A stretch of DNA of 64,000 nucleotides from the human T2T-CHM13v2.0 reference genome, Homo sapiens. The stretch lies in assembly GCF_009914755.1 (NCBI RefSeq), contig NC_060929.1. One strand, given 5' to 3'. Both the position numbers and the translations under genes were made by a program. Shown piece by piece: positions 49,919 to 63,100 of the stretch; within the stretch, counting starts at the first letter, position 1, and every line of letters begins with the position of its first letter. A model generated the notes under the pieces. It did not search any database and was not told the DNA's origin. It saw only the letters and a program-made list of their open reading frames with translations.

Positions 49919-49958
<40 letters not shown>
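49919..49958 (+). repeat. (CA)20 microsatellite about 2 kb upstream of GZMK
   Basis: Uninterrupted CA run. Confidence 0.97.
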
Positions 49959-49960
<2 letters not shown>

Positions 49961-51527
49961 GCTTCGTCCTTTACAATTTATTTCTTCCTTAGAGTTTGGA
50001 TCACTTCTACCTGTCACACACCATCTTCCTTACGATCCCAGCATCACTGGGATGTAGCAGGGAACTGACGCCATCCTGTCTGCCTTCCAATGTGGAACAA
50101 TGGCACACAGTAGAGCATCCAAGGTACATCAACAGTGACAAAGATGACTTGAAAATTCACAGGGACATTTGAGTGGGAGTAATAAGTTTGGTTTATTAAG
50201 CTTGTGGCTTTTCTTAATCTGGCTCCTCCTTATCTCACCTTCTGCTCTGACAGGAAGTCACTGCTCTGCGTTGGTTTTGTTCATTCTGTTTAACATGTAG
50301 AAAGCTTTACTGTTGCCACACACCTGTACAAGGAAAGCAGGTTTTTTATAAAATTCTGTGTTCTGGGAGGGTACTCATTCACATACAACTTAACATACAG
50401 GGAGGTCAGGCAGGTGATTTGGTCTAGGTCATAAGCTGTGTTGCCTTGGGCAAATTACTTAGCCTCTTGGAACTTATTTCTTCCATTGTAACATAAGTTG
50501 TCCTGCTTTCCTCAAAGACATAGACATGAAACCATAAATGATCATATAAAAAGAATTTTGGAAATAAGGTATTTTACTTATATATTATTAAGTTATAATG
50601 AATAATACATAATTATAGTATTATTTTTTATTATTCCTACTCTTTGTGCTAGAAAACAATTTGAAAGGAGTCTCTTGCAATCTGCCGAGCATAATAGCTC
50701 TGGATTTTAATTCTCCTTTCTAAAATGAATGGAAGATAAAATGCATACCTCTTAAAAGAAAGATCTGTTGATTTAATGCAAATTTTGATCAGTGTTACTA
50801 GGAAGTGATTGGCATTCTGATGCGTGATCTGTTTGTATTCATTTTATATTTGCACTGCTGATCAGTGTCTGGCACAAACAGAATCTTGTAGAATCTTGAG
50901 TCTAATACCTTTTGTATTGAAGGCCTGGCAATGCATTGTCATCTGTTCCTGGGAAGAATTACAAAATGCAGTCCTTTATTTTTAAAAGACATTATTATTA
51001 AGTCCCTGGAAAAACACATGGCCATTTTCAATTAAAAATGAGTAAAAGAGAGACTCTGAATCAAAAATAGTTGCCAATGTTCACCTTTAACAACATTATG
51101 AAATCTCACAAAAATGTAACTAAAATTTAACCAAATTTGGGCAAACTTAGAGAAACGACATGAGTAGGGATGTTTGCTGCAAAACATATGGTTTTCTCTG
51201 GTTGGTGCTCAGGCTTTAGCTAAGCCACATTGTGAAGTAACCATAATCTGTGCAAGGTCCATGTCTCTCTTCATCATAAATCTATGTCCAAATGAAAAAG
51301 AGAGAAGAATGAAATATGATAGGCACCATTTTGTGCCAGGAAAAATAGTAAGTATTGCTTGAGAGCAATGGACATCTTTGAACTCTGTCTGCAACTTCAT
51401 TACATTCTTATGGCATGGATATTTTTCATTTATAAATATTATATACACATATAGTATAAATTTTCTTTATAGCATAAGTACTCTGATACAGGTATTAGAG
51501 ATGGTATCTCCAGATATGAGTTCTTTA

Positions 51528-51880
<353 letters not shown>

Positions 51881-51933
51881 TCATCACAGGATCAACACAT
51901 TTCATCTGGGCTTCTTAAATCTAAATCTTTAAA

Positions 51934-51997
51934 ATGACTAAGTTTTCTTCCTTTTCTCTGTTTTTCCTAATAGTTGGGGCTTATATGACTCATGTGT
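51934..51997 (+). CDS. GZMK: GZMK coding exon 1 (signal peptide)
   Basis: ATG at 51934; MTKFSSFSLFFLIVGAYMTHV then T|GTAAGT donor; 64 nt (not in the ORF track because it is short). Confidence 0.95.
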
Positions 51998-52270
51998 GTA
52001 AGTATCTCCTATATCTACATGTAAACATTAAATGAATTTCTACTGACTATATTGTTATATTATAGATGAAAATTATTTTCACAATCATTCCTATCTTTCT
52101 GAACTGTAATGTATTATACAAATTTTTCATCAGTAAAATTATTGTAGCTTTTAGGTAGGGTTATTGTTGTTTTTTAAGCTTTGAAAATAATATAGTGACT
52201 GTCATTGGAAGAATTACATGAAACAGTAGTTTAGATCTTTTGTGTGAAACCTTTTGGTCTACTTTTGTAG

Positions 52271-52418
52271 GTTTCAATATGGAAATTATTGGAGGGAAAG
52301 AAGTGTCACCTCATTCCAGGCCATTTATGGCCTCCATCCAGTATGGCGGACATCACGTTTGTGGAGGTGTTCTGATTGATCCACAGTGGGTGCTGACAGC
52401 AGCCCACTGCCAATATCG
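52271..52418 (+). CDS. GZMK: GZMK coding exon 2 (ME propeptide, IIGG mature N-terminus, catalytic His)
   Basis: ttttgtag|GT acceptor; [49 protein letters not shown]; CG|GTGAGT donor; 148 nt. Confidence 0.98.
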
Positions 52419-55400
52419 GTGAGTCCTCCACACTTTTCCAGACATGTGTTTTTTCTGAAAGTTATTATAGGTACAAGAGAAGCTTACCTCTCCTGAATGA
52501 GAATTTGATCTACTGTTAGCTTCTGTGGTTACTGACCAACTGGTGGCGTTTATTTACCTTCTTCCACATCCACGCTTTCTGTCTTGGGTTTTCCTTTTCA
52601 GAGAGAACTGAGCTGCTTTTCCCAGGCAAGACATTAGACAAATTCAAGTCCTCTGTATAATGCAGGGAACACAGCAACAGTAATACTTGAAGCAGCAGTA
52701 CTCTTGACCTTGTTAGATCACACTGCTCAAAAGGAAATCAGACAACCTGAGCTTGCTCTGTGCTCTGAGCTTCCCCATTTTACAAAGGGGTAATAATCAT
52801 ATCATACCTGCTTTGTGGGTTTTGAGAATTAAATAGTATCTGTTTAAGTATTTTAGCATGCTTGGCACATTTAGTAAGCACAAAAAAATTGCAGCTATTA
52901 TCATTAGTATTATACGCATGAGAAGCCTACTTTGCCACTCCTAACAGTAGCTACCTAACAGTAGCTACTCACCACTTACAACTTTCCTAGGTGGAAAAAA
53001 ACAAGTTATTGATGACTTCTAGAAAGAGAAAGATAATGAGAGAGTTATTTTCTAGGATACTTAGAATGAAAGCTTTTCTGAAGACAGAGTAAAACCTTCC
53101 AAAGTCCATTTCAGCCTAGGATTCTCTTACTTCAGCTAATAAAGCACAAAACCCCTCTTGGGATGCTGCAACCATCACAAAAGGAAATGCCAGTAGAAAA
53201 CTAATTTGGTATTTGTTGTTTTGTTTGTTTGCTTGGGTTTTTGGTTTTGTTTTTTGTTTGTATATATGTTTCCTTATGTTTCTTACCTAATAAGCTGAAA
53301 TGGAGCCTTCTCCTTTTCTTTCACTTAAAGATCTCTCTTAGCTGTAATGGTTTGCTCTCCAGGCATTGTCTATATCTAAACAGAACAATTGAATTGATTT
53401 GCTTTTCTATGCTTTGGGGGTTTTGTCTGATTACCCCATTTAAATGGAACTGTTTGATCACAAATTGGAAGTTTTGAAGCCTGCAAACTGGGAGATCTTC
53501 TGCTATCTCTAAATAGCAAGCCACTGATTTCCAATTTAATATGGTTACTTCATTTACACAGGGTTCTTGCCCTCATAGAAATCACACTCTCATCCCCATC
53601 ACTTCTCTCTTCTCCAGGGCATTTGCCCCCTCGAGATCAGAGAGACAGAGTGGGGAACTGTCAGCGAATGTTCATTTGATGCAAAATATGCACATCTTCA
53701 AATATGCTCATAATACACATTCAAATGGTCTATAACCTCCCCAGACACAGAGCTTGACTTCTAAATGTTCAACAAACTTTGGATGGAAAGAAAGAAATAC
53801 ACTGAAAGATCTTTCTTTCTTTCTTTCTTTCTTTGGCTAGGCCTGAAACATGGTGTATGAAAAAGTGCTTCACTAGCCATAAAGTGTTATAGGAAATTAA
53901 ATAATATCACTAAGTTGAATTTTAAATTTTGTCAAGTGGATTTAACTCACGAGAAGTGGATTCCCAAATTGGGGAAAGAGATTATTGACAAAAGACTGGA
54001 GAGAGGTCTTGGAGTTTTTTGTGTTTTGTTTTTTTTTTCTTAAAACAAACTATTGCTAAATATCATTTTAAATGGCTGGGGTATAAAGAACTGCAAAATA
54101 TGTAGATCAAATTTCCTCTACAGGACACTTGGGTGTAAAAAGTAGGCAGATCGGTGGTTGGAAAAATATTAAGCTTTATGAAATTCAAAATATTTACAAA
54201 ATAGCTCAATGGTGGCTTCCCACAAATGTACTCCCCAGTATCCTGTGGGAATAGTTTGCCCCAAGCCTCTCTCTCAGCAAAATTTTGAAGAGGGCCAAAC
54301 CTGGGAGTGCTCCCTTCTCACCAGCCATCCACACATCTCCTCCCTCAATATTCTGGCCCCTTTATTAGTTGCCATGTCAAATATAAAAGGAAATTGATAA
54401 AAAATGTCCTGTACAAACTTATTTTCAGCATTTTAACTTACCAGAAGCAAAACTCTCACCAGCTGTTGTACCCTGTTCTCCTGATTCTCTCCCAGGCCCC
54501 TCTCACAGAGCACTTCCTCCTGCCCCAACCTGCCTAGCAAGTTGTTAGATGGAACCTTCCACAGCCCCTTCCACATGGCCTCACTCCATCTCAAATGCTC
54601 AAGGCTCCTGGAACAAAATGGTTCAATGTTCAGGCTCTAGATTCAAGCCAACTGAGCTTTAATCCTGCCCGAATTTGCCTCCTGGAGGCAAAGGTCCTCA
54701 AGTTTATTCGTTTACCTGAACCTCAATTTCTTCATCTATAAAATGGGGATTGTCATAATACCTATCTCACCACGCTGTTGTGCGGTTTAAATGAGGGAAG
54801 CTTTGTAAAATGCTTAGCACAGAACACAAAGAACTTAATAGATGTTATCGAGTATTGTTATACAATTATCTGTGCCTTCCATGGTAATAACCAAGGAACT
54901 AATCTGATGTTGACGAGATAAGACTGGGAAGACCTCCCTCTCTGACAGCCAAGTTCTTCTCCCTCTCTCTTAGGCAAGAGAAATCTCCAAGACATAGGGA
55001 CCCTGCCTTTGCTGCCAGACCTCAAGGGGCGGGTCTAAGCAGAACCACTGTTGAGTGTCCAGGCGCGCTGGCAGAGAAAAGAAGAGGCTTGAAGGGGGTT
55101 GGCACGGGGTTCAAAGAGGGATTGAGGAAAGAGCACTGGACTGGGAGTCACCAAAAGCCAAATTTGGGTCCTGATTCCCCTATTTATGAGGTGTGTCACC
55201 TTGGACCAGTCAGAGAACAATCTTTTACTGGTAAGGAATACACAGCCCGTCAGCTTTACCAGCCTTGAAAAAGGTTATTGTTAGGCTCAATGGAGACAAT
55301 GTTTACAGATGTCTTCAGCAGACCCACTATAAGCCGCACTGTAGTTCTGCTCCATATATGAATCTCTTCCAGGAAAGCTCAGGGTGGGACTCCGGAAACC

Positions 55401-56494
55401 ACATTTTAAACCAACACCTCCAGGTGATTCTGAAGCAAGTCTGAAGACTGCATTTGGGGAAATCCTGTGCTGTGCAACTGAAAAACACTGGCATTATTAC
55501 TTCCTCTTTGTGTGAATTCAGACTTCAGTTTAGCTAAGGAGGTGGCATCCCAGAACTCAAGTAATTCCAGGTACCCTGTGGGCAGAAAATTTGACCTGAG
55601 TAGCACAGATTACAGTTGAAGGATATCTAGAAATTGAAAGGTCAGAAGGAATAATGGTCTGCTTGGGTTGTTTTTGGTCTTAACATGTCCCAGTGGAGAC
55701 AAAAATAACCAAAACATTTCAAAGGCAATAACTAGCCGAGTAAATTAGTAAAAGACGAAAGAAACCCAGACATTTTTTCAGCATCCCTCCCTTAGTGAGA
55801 ATCCACCCTCCATACCTCTCATTTGTACCTCATAGCCTTCTTTGTGTGAGTCATTTAGGCACGTGCCCACCTTTCTGTTAGAGCATTCATCCTGAAGATT
55901 TTTATGTCATCCTTCTCCTACAAAGTTTTGGGTTTAGTGGGTATGTTGAATTTGAATTCAAATCAATCCTAGGAAATCCAGTCCACATCCTATGAGAAAT
56001 TTCCACCCCGTCCTGATTTTGCAATAGGCAAACTTTTCAACAAATAGAGCTGGAATTCCCAAAATAAATAAAAATAAACTCTTTTGGTAGAAACCAAAAA
56101 GTGGTCATTCCAGGCAGTCACAGCTCTGCCATAAGCAAACCCACTCTACCACAGGCATTTGCTCATTTTCAAATCTGAAACAATCATGTCTTCCTTTTTC
56201 TGTATGTTTCTGTGCTCTTTGTAACTTTTATTAATCTTTATTAATCTATATGCATGAGTATGTGTGTTTTTACTGCAATCTACTTTGGTAGCTTTTCCAA
56301 GTAGCAAAGAAATAGTTACATGTAAACAAACAAATACAATTAAAAGATCTGAGGTGGACTTCATAAAGATAGACACTGTAATGGAATGTATCTGTAGTAT
56401 ACAAATGGCTCTACGGTTCTGCCAAAATCTCCAAAAAATTATTTCTACTTTATCACTGCTGTAAATGTAATTTTATCCAACAAAGAGTAAATCA

Positions 56495-56893
<399 letters not shown>

Positions 56894-57152
56894 TCACCTC
56901 ACTCACCAGTTCGTATCCTCTAAATCTCCCCGATGGAATGGCTACTAACCTTAAAGTATCTTCATTTTAAATTAGCACTGTTTTCTTACCTTGAGGAAAG
57001 TTTTCCTTTCTTGTCCAAATCTTTGTTCTAATTGAGGGGACAGGACATATGGACATATCTGACTGTCATGTAATAGGCCTTACTTCCCCACATTGACCTG
57101 AGATGAAGTCTAGGCATGTGGGTGAGCAAGTGTAGGGTGGGGATCTTTGTGG

Positions 57153-57463
57153 TTTTTGTTTGTTTGTTTGTTTGTTTGTTTGTTTTTAAGAGATGGGGCC
57201 TTGTTCTGTCACCCAGGCTGTGACACTTCAGCCTCCAGCTCCAGGACTCAAGCAATCCCTCCTGCTTCAGCCTCTCAAACAGCTGGGACTGTAGGCATGC
57301 ACCACCATGCCCAGCATGCACCAGTGTGCCCCTTAATGTTTTTTTAGAGATGGGGGTCTCACTGTATTGCCCAGGTTTCTCTCAAACTCCTGGCCTCAAA
57401 TGATCCTCCCACCTCAGTCTCCCAAGTGGCTGGGATTACAGGCATGAGCCACCACACCTGGCT
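57153..57463 (-). mobile_element. AluJ in GZMK intron 2 with a (TTTG)n tail
   Basis: Reverse, diverged Alu with an internal deletion. Confidence 0.88.
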
Positions 57464-58041
57464 ACCTTAATTATTAAAACACTTAATGTTGGGAAGATAA
57501 AAAAAGTTCTGGGGTTCTGGAGATGATAGTGGTGGATGAACAACAATATACATGTCCTTCATACCACCAAACTGTACATTAAAGAATGGTTAAAATGGTA
57601 AATTTTACCATTCTTATACCATTATGTATACTTTACCACAATAAACAAATTTTAATGGTAGTTGGTGTAAATCTCAAACTACAAACTCAAGGAATATAAT
57701 TTGCTTTATTTTTACATAAATGAACATAATTTTGTTTTAAACTTGATCTAAGTCAATTAGGATTTCACTCCTTTTTCTTCCCCCAGTTGGATACAAGTTC
57801 TGATATTCTTTTGCAATGCCAGGGAATTGGTTTAGGGTGGGATTAAGGGCAAGTCATTTGGCCCTTAATATCAATTCATGCTGGGCTCCACTAAGACCTT
57901 TGTCACTCCACCTAATCTTAGGCAGGTTACCTTGGAGATAGCCCTTGTTTCTCTGTGTATACAACCCTCTCGACCATCACCACTCCCCACTGGGGGATTT
58001 GGAAATCATTCTGCTGCTTTCATTGTCTTTGCTTTTTTTAG

Positions 58042-58192
58042 GTTTACCAAAGGCCAGTCTCCCACTGTGGTTTTAGGCGCACACTCTCTCTCAAAGAATG
58101 AGGCCTCCAAACAAACACTGGAGATCAAAAAATTTATACCATTCTCAAGAGTTACATCAGATCCTCAATCAAATGATATCATGCTGGTTAAG
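58042..58192 (+). CDS. GZMK: GZMK coding exon 3 (catalytic Asp)
   Basis: ttttttag|G acceptor; (R)FTKGQSPTVVLGAHSLSKNEASKQTLEIKKFIPFSRVTSDPQSNDIMLVK; AAG|GTAGGT donor; 151 nt. Confidence 0.97.
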
Positions 58193-58971
58193 GTAGGTAG
58201 TAGCATTGTCTTCCTTCTATTTTGTCAACATTTTTATACAGGATGGCTCAATTAGTTAAATCACCTACAAAATGCATTTTGCTAGCACCCTCCCCATGTT
58301 TGAGGTGATTATGATATATTTTATAAGGGCCCATGTTATTCCATATACTGTCTTGAAAGAAACAAGAATTTATCACAAATGCACCAGGGCTGTGTTTATA
58401 CAAGGAAAAGCAACTCTGATACTCAACATATGTAGGAGGGGAACATCTTAACAGGCCCAAGGATCCACACTGAAAGCTTTTCTCCCAAATGCTTTTCTCA
58501 TTAGCAAGTAAAAAAATACAACAGTTGTTTATACAACAGAGCCAACCAAGTGACTTCGGGGGCTCAGCAGTGAGTTACAGCTTAGTCTAGACCACACTTA
58601 ATTTAGTCCGAACTTGGTCTAGACCATACTCAAGGGTCCTATCCGGCAGGAAGCAGCCCAGCCCTCAAAGTCATGACCTATGGATGTTATTCCACACAAA
58701 ACCATCCAATGCAGGGCAAAGGCCAGTTTGCTCGAGACTGAACAAATTCCTGCTCTCTATAAGCTCCCGCCCCAAGCCTCAGTGAGCTCCTCGGGGAGTA
58801 GAGAGCATGGTCAGAAAAGCAACAACCACAAATGCAGCTGCAGGCCACCACCAAAGTAGATCCCAGAACAGGGACGCCCGCCTAAGACAGAGGGACCACA
58901 CATACGACGCACAGGCTAGCATCAGAATACTACTGGGAAAGAAATAATTCCATCTTTTTTCAATCTGTCAG

Positions 58972-59241
58972 CTTCAAACAGCCGCAAAACTCAATAAACA
59001 TGTCAAGATGCTCCACATAAGATCCAAAACCTCTCTTAGATCTGGAACCAAATGCAAGGTTACTGGCTGGGGAGCCACCGATCCAGATTCATTAAGACCT
59101 TCTGACACCCTGCGAGAAGTCACTGTTACTGTCCTAAGTCGAAAACTTTGCAACAGCCAAAGTTACTACAACGGCGACCCTTTTATCACCAAAGACATGG
59201 TCTGTGCAGGAGATGCCAAAGGCCAGAAGGATTCCTGTAAG
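58972..59241 (+). CDS. GZMK: GZMK coding exon 4 (includes the S1-pocket Asp giving trypsin-like specificity)
   Basis: ctgtcag|CTT acceptor; LQTAAKLNKHVKMLHIRSKTSLRSGTKCKVTGWGATD...MVCAGDAKGQKDSCK; AAG|GTAAGA donor; 270 nt. Confidence 0.98.
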
Positions 59242-59687
59242 GTAAGAATCTCTCTTTCAAACAGGCATCTTGGAGCGCTGTACAGTAGCCAAGCCTCTAT
59301 TGCTCACTGACACTGAGGAGGAGGGAGGGGCATGGAGAATACAAAACCACAATTCTAAACACTTTCTCTTCATTCCTGCACAGCATTCTCTATTCTTTTT
59401 CATCTACCAATGTGGATGGATTGTAAAAACTTCCCCAATACTTTATAAGCACCCACTAAATGTTTGTTAATCAGGATAATAGACCATATCTGACAACTTT
59501 TACAGGCTTCCTATGAGAGGTGTTATCCTCCTTACAAAGTCTACCAACCCTGAAGTCACTAGTGGTGATTAGAAGATAACTTATTTAAAGAACCACCTTG
59601 CAGATTAATCAATAAGGAGGCCTTATAAGACTCAAATGCAAAAAGCTCAAATATACAGTATGTGTTTCATAAGTAATGCTGACTGAC

Positions 59688-60032
59688 TGTCTTCGTCTGT
59701 TTGGGCTGCTACCACAAAATACCATAAACTCGGTGGCTTATAAATAACAGAACTTTATTCTGTTCAAGATCAAGATCAAGGCACCAGCACATTTGGTGTC
59801 TGGGGAGGGCCTACTTTCTGGTTCATAAACAGCTTCTTTTCACTCTAATCTCACATGGTAGATGGGGTGAGGGGTCTCTCTTAGGCCTCTTTAATAAGGG
59901 AACTAATCTCATTCATGAAGCCTTCACCTCCATGACCTAATCACTTCCCAAAATCACCACCTCCTAATACTCTCACCTTGGGAGTGAGGATTGCAACATA
60001 TGAATTCGGAGGAATCAGACTTTCAGACCATA
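59688..60032 (-). mobile_element. MaLR LTR (MLT1A/MSTD-like) in GZMK intron 4
   Basis: TGTCTTCGTCTGTTTGGGCTGCTACCACAAAATACCATAAAC...TTGCAACATATGAATT...TCAGACCATA. Confidence 0.78.
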
Positions 60033-60042
60033 CCACTGACTA

Positions 60043-60348
<306 letters not shown>

Positions 60349-61373
60349 AAAAGGAACAAGAGTCATTATGTTTTTCAAAATCATTTGTTTATTGAGATGG
60401 TAAGGAAAAAAATAGGTGTTCATGTTTGTATGAACTATACTAATATATAGCACAAATGAATTACTAATTTTTTAAAAATTAGAATACAGTATTCATCTCA
60501 TACTATATTAAGTATAATTGGGGGAGAGGATATGATGACTTCAAATGTCTTGTGCATCTGCAGTACCCAAGACCATCACCCTCCTAAACATCGGTTATCA
60601 TGGTTGACCAAAGTATAAGGCACTGCAGTTTGCAATGTGAACATTAGCAAAGAGAAAGGCTGGTCTTCAAATGTAGAAGCCAGCTCTTCATCAAAAGGCC
60701 ATGCCATCCCCTCTATAGCTCTTTCCCTTCACTTGATAGAATTTAGTTACATGCTTTGCTGTTAGAGTGTCTTCAAAAATCATTTCATTCACTAAGTATT
60801 TACTAAGTATGGTACATATACATAACACTATGTCCAACCATGTGAGGATGCAAAAAATAAATAAATAACAGAGAACATATAATTCCTGCCATGAAGACAT
60901 TTACTACAATACATTGCTCTTTTCTGCTAGCCTCAATAACAACTCGATTTTAGGTCTGTGAGCATCAAAATGAAATCTACAATTTTAAAAGATTATTTTA
61001 TTTCAGTGGATTATTTAAAACTTTATCCATTCTTTAATAAATAGTCAATAGTCATTGATTCCCAGAGGAATGTAGACATAGATAGGGACAAAACAGAGAT
61101 ATAGACATGGACACTGAGACAGAGGCAGAGGCATAGTCATAGTCATAGATAGAGACATAAACAGAGAAGCAAGTAGGCAGAAACATAGTCCTTGACAGAG
61201 ACAGGCACATGGACAACCTATAACGAGTAAGAGGCAGTGTCAGACACTCTTCTGGACATAAAGAAAGCAAAGACCCAGATGATAATCCCTTGAGCAATCA
61301 GCAGTTGGTGGTTAAAAAACAAAAATATCCCAACAGCTTCTTACCACGTATTTGCCCTTTTTCTTCCTTCCAG

Positions 61374-61535
61374 GGTGACTCAGGGGGCCCCTTGATCTGT
61401 AAAGGTGTCTTCCACGCTATAGTCTCTGGAGGTCATGAATGTGGTGTTGCCACAAAGCCTGGAATCTACACCCTGTTAACCAAGAAATACCAGACTTGGA
61501 TCAAAAGCAACCTTGTCCCGCCTCATACAAATTAA
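61374..61535 (+). CDS. GZMK: GZMK coding exon 5 (catalytic Ser, GDSGGP)
   Basis: ttccag|GGT acceptor; [53 protein letters not shown]; total 64+148+151+270+162=795 nt = 264 aa. Confidence 0.98.
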   Translation, partial: GDSGGPLICKGVFHAIVSGGHECGVATKPGIYTLLTKKYQTWIKSNLVPPHTN

Positions 61536-61722
61536 GTTACAAATAATTTTATTGGATGCACTTGCTTCTTTTTTCCTAATATGCTCGCAGGTTAGAGTTG
61601 GGTGTAAGTAAAGCAGAGCACATATGGGGTCCATTTTTGCACTTGTAAGTCATTTTATTAAGGAATCAAGTTCTTTTTCACTTGTATCACTGACGTATTT
61701 CTACCATGCTGGTTTTATTCTA

Positions 61723-61728
61723 AATAAA
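61723..61728 (+). terminator. GZMK: GZMK polyadenylation signal AATAAA
   Basis: AATAAA about 190 nt after the stop codon, followed by a U/GU-rich tract (CTGTTTGTCTTTT). Confidence 0.85.
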
Positions 61729-61894
61729 ATTTAGAAGACTCTCTGTTTGTCTTTTATCACATGAAGTAATATCTGCCCCCATTGCACCCACACTCGCCAA
61801 AGGGCAATAAGGTCACTGAATAAAACAGTAATGGTACCACCTTCAACTAGGTGTAACTTCTGCTGGATCATCCTAAGTTGTTGGGTTGTTTTCT

Positions 61895-62125
61895 TTTCAT
61901 TGTTGTGATAACATTGAACATGAGATAGGCCCTTGCAACAAATGTTTAAGGGTATGATACATTATTGTTAACTATAGGCATGATCTTGCAGTGCAGATCT
62001 CTAGAACTGCTTCATCTCATATAAATGAAACTTTATGCCAGTTGAATAGCAGCTCTCTATTTCCCCACCACCCCCATCCTCTGGCAACCCCATTCTACTC
62101 TAAGCTTCTATGAGTTTGTATTTTT
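61895..62125 (-). mobile_element. L1MA/MB-like 3' fragment
   Basis: ATACATTATTGTTAACTATAGGCA...AGATCTCTAGAAC...CTCTGGCAACCCCATTCTACTCT...TCTATGAGTTTG. Confidence 0.7.
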
Positions 62126-62581
62126 TAAATATAAATCATAAATATAAATATCCTAATTCAAGCAAGCAGCTTATACAAATATTTGGACAGTATTTCTTAT
62201 TTATATATGTCATATTTTGTTCCAGAAAGGATTGAAAGCAATGTACAACAACGCCTGCAATAAAACAAAATGCAGAATTAAAAATAAATTGATGAAGGTA
62301 TTGGGACAATGGGGAAATGAGAGTAAGAAAGAGAAGATGAAGGCCGGAGTGGTCACATGGTACTGATAGTGCCAGAAGTTTATTTCTGTACATTTGCTAG
62401 AAGGATTCAAATTTGGCTCTATGCTTTGGCCAACGCAAGAAAGAGCAACACAATCAATTATATGAATTACAGTGTCCAGGAAATAAAAATAAATTGTTTA
62501 CCCAGAAGTAGGACCCCTGGTGCTGGAACTAAAACTAGAGAGAACTTTTTTCCACGGTCCTCATAAGAAGGACGCTGTGAC

Positions 62582-62901
62582 GGCCGGGCGCAGTGGCTCA
62601 CTCCTGTAATCCTAGTGCATGGAAGGCCAAGGCAGGTGGATCACGAGGTCAGGAGATCGAGAGCATCCTGGCTAACACAGTGAAACCCCGTCTCTACTAA
62701 AAAATACGAAAAATTAGCCAGGCTTGGTGGCGAGCACCTGTAGTCCCAGCTACTCGGGAGGCTGAGGCAGAGAATGGCGTGAACCTGGGAGGCGGAGCTT
62801 GCAGTGAGCCGAGATCACGCCACTGCACTCCAGCCTGGGCGACACAGCGAGAGTCTGTCTCAAAAAAAAAAAAAAAAAAAAAAAAAAAGAAGAAGAAGAA
62901 G
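62582..62901 (+). mobile_element. AluY with an A/(AAG)n tail
   Basis: GGATCACGAGGTCAGGAGATCGAG, GAATGGCGTGAACC; TSD AAGAAGGAC(G/A)CTGTG at 62565-62579 and 62902-62916. Confidence 0.93.
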
Positions 62902-62929
62902 AAGAAGGACACTGTGCCATGTGTCCCAT

Positions 62930-63100
62930 ATCCCCACCAACTGCATCAGAACCACCTCTAAGATTATTTGTAATACAGGTTCCCTTGACCCCTTGCCTAG
63001 AAATTCAGATTGAATAGGCTTGGTGTGGGCCTGAAAATCTGCGTTTTTTTCAAAGCAACTCAGTTGATGCTGATAAATGGGCAAATCTGAAAGCCACTGA
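62930..63100. mobile_element. MER5B-like hAT fossil
   Basis: CTGCATCAGAACCACCT...AAATTCAGATTGAATAGG...GGGCCTGAAAATCTGCGTTTTT. Confidence 0.6.

Noticed and set aside
57878-58041. N-terminal extensions of the GZMK exon ORFs in the track (also 52240-52270 and 61290-61373)
   Set aside because: Intronic read-through upstream of clear polypyrimidine/AG acceptors.
61070-61215. Periodic AGACAT/AGAGAC-like tract in GZMK intron 4
   Set aside because: Degenerate low-complexity microsatellite; no coding or structural signal.
61726-61740. AAAATTTAGAAGACT at the GZMK 3' end matches the L1 left TSD region (40427-40441) over 15 bp
   Set aside because: It would imply a 16-kb transduction containing an intron-bearing, conserved GZMK gene, with no A-tail. 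The nearer copy at 46317 with AATAAA and an A-run explains the TSD; this AT-rich match is probably chance.
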